From the IMG/VR virus record IMGVR_UViG_3300012983_000040, positions 22,315 through 86,314 of that record: 64,000 nt of DNA; one strand, 5' to 3'. Positions within the stretch are counted from its first letter, which is position 1. Each line of letters starts with the position of its first letter. The DNA is from a virus (taxonomy: Duplodnaviria > Caudoviricetes). Under the pieces are notes generated by a model that was not told the origin of the DNA, did not search any database, and worked only from the letters and a program-made list of their open reading frames with translations. This document shows positions 39,510-53,559 of this stretch, piece after piece. A program made the position numbers and the translations under genes.

Positions 39510-42500
39510 TTATGAATAACTTATTGTGTACATAGTTTTGATAGCATATATAACTGCTAAATCTTCTCCACTATATCGTACTTTAATTCTTATAAATTTA
39601 TCTCTTAATCTTGTTTGTTTTTCCTGCCACTTTTCAAATTGCCACCACTTTGTGATTTGATTCTATTCATCTGAGTATTTCTCAGATAAATAAATAGGTA
39701 ATTCTATTTTGCTGGCTTTTTTTGGAGGTAAACTTTCCTAAATTGGAGTATAGTATACATTTAAGGGTGGATATTTGGTTTTAGTGTCATACTCCCAATT
39801 TTCATTCTTTTCAGCGTATAAAATTGGTGGAATTTGTACATACCACTCATCCTCTTTATAATGACAATTACCTAAACGTCTACCATAGTTTATATACTTG
39901 TAGTATCTAAACCTTTCTTGTTCAGCATCCCATTCTTTTTTAACAGGAATATTTGTTTCATGCTGTAACTAATCGTAAGTAATTGCATTAATTTCCACTT
40001 CTTGTCCCTGATCCATACAACGTGCAGGAGTGTGAACTTGTAGTTTAAATTCTCCCATTAACTTATCGTATACTACTTCAGTTCCTATCATATTTTGATA
40101 ATCTTGTGATAATGATGTCATATTCTGATATGAATCATAAATTTCGTTAAGAGTATCATTTCTATGATAGTATAATGGGAATAATGTTGACTTATCATAG
40201 TAATTCATGTACCACTCTTTACGTTGGGATGGGTCTAGTTTTTCATACTTTCTATCATAAGTAATATCTCCATTATTCCATTGATAAATATGTTTAAGTG
40301 CTTCTTGCCTCCAGAAAATATTTTTCTTTTCGTCTGCAAATGTATAACTTTCTCCAACAACTTCAAAATGAAATGACTCAGGTTTTGCCTTATTAGCTAT
40401 AAGTTGTAATGTATTAAATATTTTTTGGAACTATTGATTTTCAGCAACGATAAATTCAAATTCAAATGGATGTTGCTTTCCATACCATTTAGTTGGCAAG
40501 ATGTCATCTCTAGTTTCCATTAAACCTGCGTAACCATGTTTCCAGAAGGAAGTATTTTTAAAGTTCTCACAATAGCTTGATGTTGCAAGTGCCAATGTAG
40601 TATAAATTGTTCTAGATGAAGTTCCAATATTTCTACTATCTACAGCGGCATAATTTATATTGATAGTAATTTTAATTGGGAGTTTATATAGATTTGGTTT
40701 ATCTAAGGTTTTTAATACTTCATCTCCAGCGCATAGAACATTTCCATCTTCTAGTTCAAATAAACTACTATGCGGAGAGTCTACTTTGTCGTATTTTATA
40801 GACACATATTGATTTTCACCAGAATTTTCTCTAATATGTTCTTCCCATAACTTATAATCTGCTAGTTCAGAAAAATTTAATTTTCCTATAACTCTTTGTT
40901 TTATAATTCTTGGATAAGCATCTTCCGATTCTAATTTAATTAACGATGGATCTGCATATATTTTTGCAATATACTTAGAAGTGTCTCTATCAAATGAGAA
41001 GAATATGTTATCTATGTTTTCTGAGTAAGATGGTACCCACGAGTAGAATGTTATAAATCTCTCTAATGGTTCATTAAAGCATAAATTCCAAACTTTCTCT
41101 TCTATTGAATCTACATCATCATAGAAAGTAAACATTATATCACCTTTAAATGCATTATAATGTGTTTTTACATTTCTAATTCCGATTGTAGGAATAGTTT
41201 CATACTCTCCTAATGTTATATTTTCATTTAAGAATCGTTGAACCTTAAAATCAGAAATTGTTTTAAGTTTAAATGTAGGTTTAAGACTTCCTTCTAGTGC
41301 TACTCTCCAAATACGTTTAGCAACAGTATCTACTCCATAAATACAAGTAGGAGTTTTTATAACACTCTCTTGCCACTATGATCCAAATTCTGAATTTAAG
41401 AAGTATGGTGTGTCAGGTAATACATTAGCTGTAGTTATAAATACAGTTGCATTTTTCTAATCTGCTGCTAATTGGCTTGCCTAAACAGCCAAGTATCCAG
41501 TAGCATGTTCAAACGTACAGAAAATATCTCCAGCTTTTTCAATAAGACTAACTAATTCTCCATGAGCAGAACTGTAATCTTGATAGTGTAAGTCTCTAAA
41601 TATTCTATATCCATTTGTAAATGAATTCTTCACAGATATATCAGAATATAATACCCTAGTTGAGAAATTATTCTTAATTGCAGGAACATCTGGACATTCT
41701 ACATTGTACTTTTCATCTACAGTTTTGTTTAATCCACTGTTAATTAAGAACGACTCTGGAATTTTATAAGAGCCTAAGCTTGATAATGAAGTATATGGAT
41801 AAAATGAGCGTTTATGTCCAGTTAATCCTACCTCAGAAGGCATATATGGGTCAGTACTTCTCAATGCTAAGTTGAAATTACTACAAACTTTAACAGTAGC
41901 AAAATGCCCCATCTGTACTGCATAAATATCACCGAGGATAATTTTCTTATTGTGATCTCCGGTAGCCATTTCATTATTTCTATAATTTTTGCCCCATAAT
42001 GTTCCATCAATAATAATATTATTGTTAGGAGCTTCTGGATTTGCAAAGTTACGATTCATTCTTATCGAAAAGTTACCTATAAAGCAGTCACCACCAAAGA
42101 TATTATGTATTTTAAAATTACTAGAATTCTTTGTTGTTACAATTTCTCCATTTATTAATTCTTCTTCTCCTGTATAAGTGTTTCTTATATCTTCTAGTGA
42201 GAATCTTGGACTAATCTAATAAAATGGGAAACTGCTTCTACATCTAATTTCAACATAGTTTTTCTGTGATTCTAGGTCTTCACTGTAGTCTGGAATTTTT
42301 ATATCATATAATTGAGTCTCCAATCGTCCATCTTTGTTCTCTAGTCCAATATAAGGTCCGTAGAATCCACGAGTAACATAGTCGGTATTGCCATAAATTC
42401 CCTTCTTAGTTACTTTTCCAAATATATTTTTCTTTTCTTCGTCGTCTGGACTGTATGTATATGGATAACCAACATAACTTACTTTAAGTGGGTCTGCTTC

Positions 42501-44450
42501 TTCGCCAGCAGCAGCAGCAAACCAGTTTTTTCTAAGTCTTCCCTTTACTTGATAAGTAGCATCTGGAACAGATGTTATATACATTTTAGTACTTTGTAAC
42601 TTAGAAAAATCTTCTCTGTTTTCATATTCAATGTTATAGAAGTAATTATTCTATTCCTAAAAGAAGTCATCAACAAATTTCTGTTTTGTTTCTTTTAATA
42701 CAAATTCTGTTCCAGTAAAGTAATTGTTAAAATATCCCTAATCTAACACATAGTCTGGACATATTGCAGCCTACATATTAGCTTCAGCTCTATATTCTGG
42801 TATGTACCGCTTACGTAGATTGAAATCATGTATTAAATAATGAACTTTTTCTGAAACCATTGTTTCAACTATGTATTCATCATCTATAACTGGTAGAGCT
42901 GGAAGTTTACTAGACTTATCAGTAAGGATTGGAACAGTTTGACACATAGTAGTAGGATTTCTACGTTGTCTAACGATAAATAATCCTTTTATCTTTCCAT
43001 CCAGTTCATCTAATAAATCTTCAGGAATATTAAAGTTAAACCCAATTGCGTTTGTCATTTTATCACCAAACTATGGATTATTTTTATCGTCATAGTTAAT
43101 TTTAATAACTCCTTTAGAGTTCTCATTTGGGCTTAAGTAGTTAGATTCCGTTATTCCGTCTTCTGTCTTATATCTATAAGAAATTTCAAATGTTTCTTTA
43201 TTGCGAATAATTTTATTTCGACCTCCCCTATCGTTATATACAGGAATCTCTTTAAACTTAGTTGAAGTATTTAATTCACTTATTCCACGAATATTAAATA
43301 CAGGAGATAATGTATAATTATTTAAGATATATACTACTCCAAATCGGTAAAATTCATCATCCCAGTAGCCAAGATAATTATAAATATTATTTGCATTATA
43401 GTACTCAAATCTGCGATTTCTTGGCAAATCATCTCCCGAATCTTCCTTATATTCCTAGTTAATATGTCCAATACCTACATGTGTTAATTCTGGAGTAATT
43501 CGTAGCGATAAATCAGTTAATTCTTCATAGTCAATTTCAGTTTCTTTAACGTTACCAAAGAACAACATATTATCACACTAAGTCTAAGTTTTTACAGCAT
43601 CAACTACTATAAATTGTGCGTTTAATTCTTCGATACTTGATACTTGAGTAGTTTCAAATCCAGATATAAGTACGTTTGCCGTCTTATCTACTATATTGTA
43701 TAATTTATTTACTTTATGAACTTCTGTCATTGGGCTTAAGTCCTATGAAGAAGTAGTTCTTGTATAATATACAGTTACATAACTATAAGCAGCGTCTAGA
43801 TTAGTAAGTTTAAATTCTACCTACTTGTAGCTATTTTCGTTTTCCATTCCACCACGGATAGAAAATGGATTGTTAATAGCTCCTAAATGGCAAGACACCA
43901 TATTGGATTGTCCAATCCAGTCTGTTTCATTACCATCTCCATCAGCTAATTTAAAATAGAATGTATAATTACCAACTTTAAGGTTTCCATTTTCCCTTAA
44001 ACCAATAAATCGAATCTTTGGAATGGTGCTAACTCTTTTATATAATGAAGTCTGTGTATCAAATACATCATAATCATATATATTAGAGTCAACGGTTCTA
44101 TTTACTATTTGGTATGAATTATTTCCAGTACATGAGAAACGAGTATTAATCATTCTTGGAATATTCTTATCGTCATTTAAGATAAGATTAACAGTTCCAT
44201 CATATGATTCCTATGCTTCAATTTGTACTGGATGCTATAGGTCAAAATTAAATTTTTCTGTATCTAAATCTGTTAGCTCATTAGCATAAGCAACTGTTTC
44301 TCCGTTTTCTTCATGATCTTCATTGTATCTTAGTACTTTTAAGGGGTTATATTCATAAGCTAATAGCCCCTTTTTACTAAGCTGTCTTATTCCAAAATTG
44401 GCAGATATATCCCAAATAGTCTGCTGTTCAATATTAAATTTAAAATTCAT
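39510..44450 (-). CDS. Large tail protein (tail stabilization/muzzle-like, P22 gp10-related region), about 1646 aa, TAG=Gln
   Basis: ATG at 44450 (in-frame TGA just upstream), TAA at 39510; eight track fragments share the frame. Beta-rich sequence with DEFYRFGVVYI and WNLCFNE...FITFYSW motifs. Product assigned from position and recalled similarity. Confidence 0.65.
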
Positions 44451-44479
44451 GATTAAGACTATCTTTCAATAGTTATTAT

Positions 44480-47400
44480 TTAGCCTGTCTATTCAGTTGT
44501 GGGTTTGGTTTCTTCATCTACATTATTTTGATCATCAACTTCTGTATTAGACCTTTCTATACTTAAATCTATTCTTACTGTAGCCCAATCTTTAGTTCCT
44601 AGTTTAAACTAAGTACTTTCTGAATTTACTAGATTTTTGCTTTTCCAAGCATTTCTGTCTTTTCCAAAAACATCATGGCATACAGGTTGAGCAATAGGAG
44701 CTACATCAACTCCTATATAACCAGGATTAACATCAACCCCAGAAAACTAAGTGTAATTATGAATATTTCTTAGATACACTCCAGAATCTAAATAACGTGA
44801 CTAATCTCCAAATAATGTAATAAAAGCAAATCCATGACAGTAATCTATAGGAGCTTTACAAACACTAGATGTAAGCCATTCTTGTTCAAAATTTAAATCA
44901 ATAGAGTTATAATATAATAAGTTAAAGAATGGTTCTTCTAAATCTTCCTAGGAATTTAATTGGGTAATTGACTTACCTTGTAGCTACATAATGTTAGTTA
45001 AAGGTAATAAAACATCATTATAGGCGAATCCTTCAAGTATTGACTTATATATACTAATATTTTTGCAATTGTATTTTTTATTAAAGTTGTTTGTATGACT
45101 ATGGATAACCGGTAAAAATATTTTGTAGAATTTCCGTTTCCCGTTTACAACTTTAATTAGTTCTTCATTTATCTGATATAAACCAAATCTATCTTTTTCT
45201 ATTTTACAAAGATATTGTCCAAATACTTTTTCAATTCTTCCTGGATATACATTTACACGTTCTTCGTCTGTAACTGTAGAAAACTCTGGAATTCCTTCTG
45301 CATAGAATAAATTATCTAGATTAATCATTCCAAATCTGTCTGAGGATATACTAATTTTACCTCCACAATCTATGTACCCATTAGAGTAACTATTTACTTT
45401 AAATTTTGGAATAAAATTATCTTCAGCATTTAGAATATTATTACTTAATACATATGATAGAATTTCTTCTACATTTTTTTCCTCTAATACAAGAACTGGA
45501 TTATTTAAATTATTTATAGACAGCAGGCCTTTATTTTTAAATGCAGTTGTAGAATATAATTGAGAAATATCTGGTGCATTTAACAATAAATTTGAAGTTT
45601 TCTTTTTTGTTATTAATATTTGAGATAATAAACATAATAACATATGGTCCGCCCTTAAGTGTGTTTCAGATGCCGGATATTGTTCTTTTAAATCTTCTTC
45701 GTCTTTATCCCAAGTTACTTCTAATTTTCCCTATGTGTTTGAATTAACTAATACTAATTCTGACAATTGTTGATTAGATTCAATATCTAATGGTGTCGCT
45801 ATATTCATTAACTAGTACCCATACTATGATCTCCATAGTATATACATTGATCTGCTACTACCTCTAGATACCTTGAATAAATTTCTTTTACTTACTCCTA
45901 CATTTTTTACTTTAGACACTCCACCTTCTATGTAATTATTTATAATTTCGGCAGCTGCCCAGCCATAATGCTTTTCTTTATTTTTATCATAATCAACGTC
46001 AAATTCATTTCTTAAGTTTTCTCCAAATTCTGAATGTGGTAATACCATTAAGTTACAAATTCGGCTATCAACATCTCCATCCCAATAACTTTTATCCCAC
46101 ACTCTTTCATATTCGTTAGATGCTATAATTTGAATAGGTACATAATTACATTTTTGCATAGCTTCTATTCTAGAAGTTCCTTCAGAACCATAATTGACAA
46201 TCCCAACTCCTTCTGAAATATAAGAACCATAGTGATAGGGTGTTTGTGCATTTCCTTTGAAGTCATATTTACTCAAAGCTGTCTTTTTGTTGTAACTTCG
46301 TTCAACTTCTATCATAGAATCCTTTACACTTGTTGATGCATCAAGTTTTCTATTTTTTGCTAACCACATAGACAGTCCCATAAAGTTTTCTCCTCCTATA
46401 ATATTAGAAAGATTTCCACCTTCATCAATATTAAATCCAAACATTCGTTCATTGTATAGACTGTCCTCTGGTTCGTATACAGGAAATAGACTTTCTAATA
46501 GTACTGAGTAGAAGTCTTCTTGTCCCATTCTACTTACTATTCCTCTGTGAATTTTAATAGTTGATGTATTCTAGTAGGTTGTTCCTTGCTTAGTATATGT
46601 AATAGTTGCTCCGTCTAAAGGCTTATAGGTTCCTTTATTCTAGTCATCTATTTCTTCTTCAACTATGTACTTCTTTAATTCTTCTTGTACCTATTCATCT
46701 CCATCCCCTTCATAAGATGGGTTAGTTTCACTTTTAATAGTGCAGGTAATTTTTCCATCAATAGCACAAGCATCAAGAGTTTGTTCTGTGGCAATTCGTC
46801 CTGCAAAAGTAGGTCTAAAAGGTAAGTCTTCGTCACCGTATTGTACAACATCTTCATCTTTTATTGATAATGTACTAGTCACTTCACATTCTACATTTAA
46901 TATAATGCCTACAATTTTTTTATAATACTTGTCATTATTGGCTAAGAACATTATATCATTAGCAGTAACTATTTCTTTAGGCTCTGATGGGAAAATATTT
47001 CCATTTTCGTCCTCTAAAAATGTAGTATAATTAAATGATTTTACAGTATATGACTATTGAACATCTAAGTCAATATTAGCTATCACTTCTGGTCTATTAC
47101 TATTATTAAAGTCTGAAACATTTTTATCATTAAAAAAGGTTCCTGTATATAATAATTTATAGTCGTGACCATTTTCAGCTCTTAAATTTACTCCTTCTTT
47201 ATAAATGACATCAAGCCTACATAAATAAATGTAATTGTGTAATAACTTTTCATCATCTAGTATAATTTTATCTTCAAAATCACCAGAGTAATATGATTTT
47301 TTTATTGTATATATATTAGGATGGTCTGGCTCTGTTGTTAAACGACTAGAAATGTACAATTGGTCAATCTAATCTTTTGTTTTTCCACCTTGCTCTAATA

Positions 47401-48610
47401 CTTTATCGAGAGGTATAAATACAAATCTCATATGGTCTATCTTAGGATCATCTTCAAATAAAGTATACGTCCATTGAATAATAGCAGAATCTGTATTAAT
47501 TTCAAAATCCCAGTTTGTTATTCTATCATGTGCATTAAAGATTTCTTGTGTTGTTAACTCTCCAGTCTTCAAGAAACTATTATTTAATTTTAATACACCA
47601 TAAGGACTGCCAGGCATAATATCGTAGTATAGAGTTCCGTTATTTGGAATTTTTTTATTATCAGTTGCTGCAAGTAATCTAACTGCATCAATTTGCTTTC
47701 CTATTTCCTTAATATTATTTAAGTCATGATTGTAATCATTAATGTTTCCAAATAGCCCAAACGGCATTAATGAATAGTTATCCACTCCATCAGCCGTAGC
47801 TTCTCCTATAAATTTTACTTCAAACTAATTTCCAGATTTATAGAATAATCTGTAAAGATTGAATAATTCAAATGTATTAAATTCTACAACTATTTCTAAT
47901 GTTCCCTAAGGTCCTTTATATGTCTACAATAAACCTCTATGATTAGCTAATAAAGTTTCGAATGAAATATTATCGGTATTCTAATATATCCATAAGGGAA
48001 CTTGCCAATTGTCAGGATAAGTATGAAGTTGATTAGTTATATCTATCGGTTCTTCTCCATTTATAGGAATTATAAAAAGTTTTAACGTGATGATACCTTT
48101 ATCTATTGCTTCTCTTACATTATCACTGTAAGGCGTATTAGTCTTAATAAGAAACATATCACCCGAACTAAAGATCTTTGCTTCCTAAGTTACTGAGTCT
48201 TTGAAAATTTCTTCTTTATACTCGTTAGACTGAATTACTGGACACCTATTAAAAAATTTTATAAACTAATCTTGTATGTTAAACTCAAAAACTGCCTATG
48301 CTGCTTCTGATATATAAATTTGCTAAGGAGAAGGAAAACATCCAAGTTGCCCTTTCTTAGTTTCTGGATTATATGATGCTACATAAATGATACCTCCATA
48401 TTCCTTCATTCCAACTGGGACATATCCTTTAGGAGGTGCAGCAGTGCCGACTTCAACATTGCCCATATCATTTTGTAGAGTTAGTTCATTTCCATTATAT
48501 GTTACAAGAGTACCATTTAAACAGTTAGTTAATGTCTTTGCAGGTGTTCCTAGTGGATTTAAATCCAAAGACATTCCATCTGAAAAGGTATTAATTGTTT
48601 CTTTTCTCAT
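44480..48610 (-). CDS. Large tail protein with a crAss stabilization-protein-like N-terminus, about 1376 aa, TAG=Gln
   Basis: MRKETINTFSDGMSLDLNP...LTNCLNGTLVTYNGNELTLQNDMGN resembles the crAss stabilization protein N-terminus; six fragments in frame; TAA at 44480. Confidence 0.68.
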
Positions 48611-49163
48611 TTTCGTTTATTTCTATTAAATCCTTTAAAGTTAATACTCTATCTCTTACTTTTATTACTTGAACATTTTTGCATTTATATTTCTTTTTAT
48701 AAACTGTGTAACCATAGTCTATTGGCATTTTACATTTTATAAAATATTTCCAGCCATCATAAAATAAAAATGCTTCATTTTTGATTTTAAATAAAACTCT
48801 ATTAGTTACTTCTAAATTAGTTACAGGTCTACCAAATTTCTTTTTAATTTTATTATACTCTTCTTCTTTAATTGCAGTATAATAGTAGCCATCCCACTAT
48901 TTTTTCTTCTTTTTATACATTACTCTGATTTTCCGCATTAATTTTTTTCTATAATATCTATAATGCTTGACAGAATCAGTAGTAAGTTGACCGCAATACA
49001 TCCAAAAGTCTCCAGACCTGGTAACTAATGTATCACAATTTCTAAGATTATAAAAATAGAACATTCGCCATCCATAATTTATAATGCGAATTATATCCTT
49101 TCTTGGAACATTTGGAAACTATTCCTACAATCTATCTACATAATCATCTACTCTTTTAATCAT
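48591..49163 (-). CDS. Conserved basic crAss-like protein, 190 aa (possibly IHF/HU-like), TAG=Gln; absent from the ORF track
   Basis: MIKRVDDYVDRL[TAG]E[TAG]FPNVPRKDIIRIINYGWRMF...FWMYCGQL...; open to TAA at 48591. Confidence 0.6.
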
Positions 49164-49576
49164 TAATAATAGGTTTTACCAGAATTAGCTCTCTAGGTTA
49201 TTCTGTCTTTATTTTTAGGGTCTAAATATATAGGTTTTTCTACCATATAACCAGCTCTCTAGAATTTTAACATCATCTAATAACCTGTAAAGTTTGTATT
49301 TAAATAATCAACATCTTGCCATTTACCATTCTATCTTCCTTTTATAAAATCACTATCAAAATAACCTTTTATATAGATTTCTGCATTGCGATTTACAGTC
49401 GGCAATTCAAAAGTATCACTGTTGTCTATAATATCATCTAAGACCATCTTAACACAAGATAGCCAAATTTTAGATGCTAAGTCTTTTTTATACCTTTCCT
49501 TTACCTTTAATTTATCTATAGGAAGATTACACATTAAATCCTCTGTATTTAGAGCATAACCTAAAGCATAATTCAT
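49163..49576 (-). CDS. Conserved crAss-like protein, 137 aa (possibly IHF/HU-like), TAG=Gln
   Basis: Track ORF 49331-49576 extends through TAG (...GR[TAG]NGKWQDVDYLNTNFTGY...) to TAA at 49163. Confidence 0.6.
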
Positions 49577-50262
49577 TTAACAGGCTTATAAGATTTATTA
49601 AATACTTTACGATTCCAACTTGTTTTGGCATCGAGTATTTTATTCATATCATTTTGGCTTAAGTATTCAGTTACTCTTGCAGCATCACACAGCTTAAGCC
49701 ATCTCTGTTCTAGTGCTGCTGCGAGCTATATAATATTAGGATTATTAGTCCTTATTCCTTCTTTAAATTTTTCAACAAAGGCACAATAACATGCTATTGC
49801 TTCTTTTTCTTTATCATTTATATAAGGCAGTCCATCATCATCAAGTTCAGTGCCTCTATATAAAATCATGATTGGGCCACAGTCTTTATCTAAATAGAGA
49901 GTGTCTCCGACTCTACGATATTTTACATACATTCCTCTTTGATAAAGAGGATCTTCGTATTCTTTTCTTCCTTCAATGTATTCTTCAACGAATGAAGAAT
50001 GGTAGTCTCCATTTTCTGCTACGTTAGAAACATAATTCCAATCTTCATGACAATATGTAACAGCCTCTATCTAGTCACAGTTGCATGGTAACTATACCTA
50101 TTTATCTTCACAATCTACATCTACAATAAGTCTATAAAGTCTATCCTACTTATTGCCTATTTTTTGCCATGCTACCATACCCATTTCTTCGAAATCTTCA
50201 GGAGTTAATTCTAAATCATAAAGTAAATTAGCATGTGTGTAAGCTTCATTAAAATTTGTCAT
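49573..50262 (-). CDS. Tail tubular/ring protein, 229 aa, TAG=Gln
   Basis: ATG at 50262, TGA at 49573. QLPCNCDQIEAVT and LDDDGLPYIND...AIACYCAF motifs resemble crAss ring/P22 gp4-like proteins. Confidence 0.62.
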
Positions 50263-50951
50263 CTTGCAACTTGATCATTTGGTAAAATTGGCGTTGCCAA
50301 TTGTCTATAGTAATAAATCTTTTTCTTAGTCAATCTTTCTTTAACTTCAGAATCGATAAATGAAAGTTTGGCTTCATCACTTCCAGGACAAGCACAGCCG
50401 TAATGTTCTAGCATTCGTTCATCTTTAAATACAGCAACAACTGTTATTCTTTTTAAGAATGGTGCGTTAAATACCCAGCAGTCACACATACCACTAGCAT
50501 TTGGTGACATGTTAATGTATACATACGGTTTATTCTTTACTCTACGTTTATATTTGTGATAACGCATAACAGATGGACTTGTATACCAAATAAATGGATG
50601 CTACATATCTGATGAACCTATATATTCTATACCAAACCCACCAAAGTCAGTCATTAATGGTGGAATAACGAAATGCATAGTTGGTGTACCTTCATAGTCT
50701 AGTGGTTCTTTACCACAGGCCTCACAATTCTCAATGTCTTTACAATCTACTGGAATACAGCTAATTGTTTTAAGTAAGTCTTTTTTAGGAATTACGCCTT
50801 TTACAACATACTACTTAATAACTGCCAGTCTTTCTTCTGCTATTTCATCCTCTAACTATTCTAATGACATTGTAGGATTTGAAGAATATCCTCTAAGTCC
50901 TCCTACAATATCATTGTAAATAGCTGAAGCCATTTTACTGTAATATGCCAT
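50259..50951 (-). CDS. Head-tail ring/adaptor-like structural protein, 230 aa, TAG=Gln
   Basis: MAYYSKMASAIYNDIVGGLRG...; reads through TAGs into track ORF 50259-50567; located in the structural module. Confidence 0.62.
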
Positions 50952-50955
50952 ATAT

Positions 50956-50997
50956 AAAAATAAGGCGACGACCTTTGCGAATCGCCGCCTTGTTTAT
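50956..50997 (-). terminator. Rho-independent terminator after the auxiliary capsid gene
   Basis: Minus strand AAGGCGGCGA-ttcgcaaagg-TCGTCGCCTT followed by ATTTTT. Confidence 0.75.
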
Positions 50998-51023
50998 TAA
51001 GAGTTTAAATAGATAATTCTATA

Positions 51024-52415
51024 TTAGTTACCAGGAGTAATTACTTCGTTTTCGCCAAATGATCCTGGTTTTCCATTAATTATGCCAGGAACATCACCGC
51101 CACCTGGAACAATAGTACTGGTTTTAGGTCCTGTAGAAGTCTAAGGAGCTGCTGTGGCATAAGGCTCAGTATCGTTAGCAGTTCTAGTATCATCTGAGTA
51201 AGCTGCTCTTAATTGGTCACCGAAGTAAGGATGTACTGTAGGATCTTCATGTGGGGCAGGAACTAAACGTCCATTAGGTCCATCAACTACAGTGTCTCCA
51301 TTATCTTCGTGAGTTCCACATACATCCCAACCAAATGCGTTATGCAATGCCTGCTGGAAAGCGGCATCAAGACCTGCTGCACATTCGCAACAGTCCGCAG
51401 GAACAAAGAATACGTGAGTAGTCTTTGAGTGAGTTACTTCACCAACTGCAGAACCACCAAGAATGCCACGACAGGTAACATAATGTAATGTATATTGAAC
51501 ATACTTATTGCCTGGAACTGGCATTTCATTCATCTGTTGTGTTAATGAACCATATGCTAAATTCTCCATAGTAGGAAGACGAAGATCTCTGAGAATTTGG
51601 TCATAAGTACCAATACCATTTACACAATCTACAATATGTAAAAGATGCCTGGGAGATTCCTTTATACCTCTCATAATAGTGTCACAGTCTGTAGCACTAC
51701 AGTTAGTAACGCATACATTATCGTAGAGATCAATTTGGTCAAATGGAATCCAACCACCTTCTTGATAAGTGCAGCAATCTGATGTGCCATTTTGCCATAC
51801 TTCAAGAACAGCATCAGTGAACATACCGAAATTATCATTTACAAAGACAAGCTTGCCGATTTCGTCCATTTCGCTAACTTCTTCTCCAACACCTGCACTC
51901 ATAGTAGTTCCAGTATTACCAGCACCATCATAAGTGTTTAGTACATCATTATCTGCTTCTGTACCAACGTGAACGTCTAGGTAAATATCACCATAAAGAC
52001 GATTGATCTTCTTAATTTGTTTTGCAACATTAGCAGCGGTAGTAGAGTCATCACCTACCCACTCATAAACAAAGTCTTTACCTTTGAAGACTTCATCTCT
52101 AGCATAGTAAGAGTTGTTATCTCCTGTTCTACGTAATGAGAATTTTAGTCTAAATTGATACTTACCGTTACGGCTGGGAGTATAAGTCGAATCGTGTTCT
52201 ACAGCTGAATATACAGCAGCTATATCAACGACTAGACGGCCGGCTAGTGGATCTACATAAGGATTACGATAGATGGCTACTACGTTCTCTTTTTTAAATA
52301 GATTTACGCCATTTACTAATAAAGTGTTGAAGCTACCATGTTTATTGCCAACGGTAGGATTAGCAGCAAACTAATCTAAACTGTGAATTAAAGTTGTTGT
52401 TGTGAAATTAAACAT
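51024..52415 (-). CDS. Auxiliary capsid/abundant structural protein, 463 aa; only two TAG codons
   Basis: MFNFTTTTLIHSLD[TAG]FAANP...YTLHY...SKTTHVFFVP; TAA at 51024. Higher GC and codon style typical of highly expressed genes. Confidence 0.68.
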
Positions 52416-52426
52416 AATTTAAAATA

Positions 52427-53548
52427 TTATTTTGATTGTTGCTATTGTTGAGCTGGAGGCGCAATAGTCTAATTTATTGGAATGTTAGTTTGAAGTCTAG
52501 GGTCACTAGCATTCTCCATAACGAGTTTTACCAGCCCATTTATAATCTCCTAACATACATAATCTGGAAATTCCATGATCTATGATGTGTCTTGTGTCTT
52601 ATCTAGCTATTCTTGTGTTAGCCTTATATATTGTGGGGTTCTAAGATAGTCTACCATAACCTAAATTGGTTCAAAAGTATCACTATCTTTACCATATCTT
52701 ATTTCCATTCTAACTGCAGAAGCATTTCCATATCTTTTTCCTGCATAATGTTCCACCTAGTCTGGGTAAGGGCTACCTTCTGTATTCCTTGGATCGTTAA
52801 TCTTCTCAGAGTAGACGCTCCTAGATAGTCCCGACAAATTTACAGTTACATGATCGTCAACTTTATTTACATAAACCTTTGGGTCTACACCTTTTCCTAG
52901 TGGTGTTAATGGATCTGGATTGTTAATTAGTTGATTTATATCAGCAATACTTACTTCTCCATCATTATTGACATCATAATATGTATTAGTTTCACCTCTT
53001 GCAATAGCATCTTTTATTTCCTATGGAGTACGTCTCCCAATATATGGATTTTCCTAAAAGTCTTCTTCTGACCTGTTATTTACATTATGAATATAAAAGT
53101 ATGGACGCTTATATGATGGGCACATATAGGCATTATTTACTATAAGAGGCCACATATCTGCAGTTAGTCTTCGTGCAGGAAATTCTTGCACTGTTCCACT
53201 ATTATAACAGCTATAGCTTTGTTTTACTTTAAATGTAACCATACAGTTAAGTATATGATAATAGTCCTATGGTAAAGTAACTTCCCACAAATTTTGGTAA
53301 TTACTTCCAATTCCATTATCACCATAAACCGCAGAACTAACTTTTTTAGGAGTTAAAAACGCAGTTGACTTTAAAACTCTTAAACTATCTGAAAAATTTT
53401 GATTTGCATCATAATTATTATAGTTAAGATTAATAAACTAACTAATGGCTTTATTTAAAAAATAATTATAATCCTCTAAAAGCAAGCTGGGAGCTTCAAC
53501 TTTATTTAACTCCGTGAGCATTGCTTCATATATAGCTCTTGCTGTCAT
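52427..53548 (-). CDS. Ring/neck structural protein, 373 aa, with an inserted dockerin/EF-hand-like motif, TAG=Gln
   Basis: MTARAIYEAMLTELNKVEAPSLLLEDYNYFLNKAIS...VDYLRTPQYIRL...EFPDYVCQEIIN; TAA at 52427. Confidence 0.68.
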
Positions 53549-53559
53549 TGTTTGATAAA

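Noticed and set aside
46675-46857. Overlapping minus-strand 60-aa ORF
   Set aside because: Off-frame inside the 1376-aa tail gene.
39510-48610. The two large tail genes as one intron- or frameshift-split gene
   Set aside because: The 29-nt gap has no group I core or obvious slippery site, and each gene has its own ATG and TAA.
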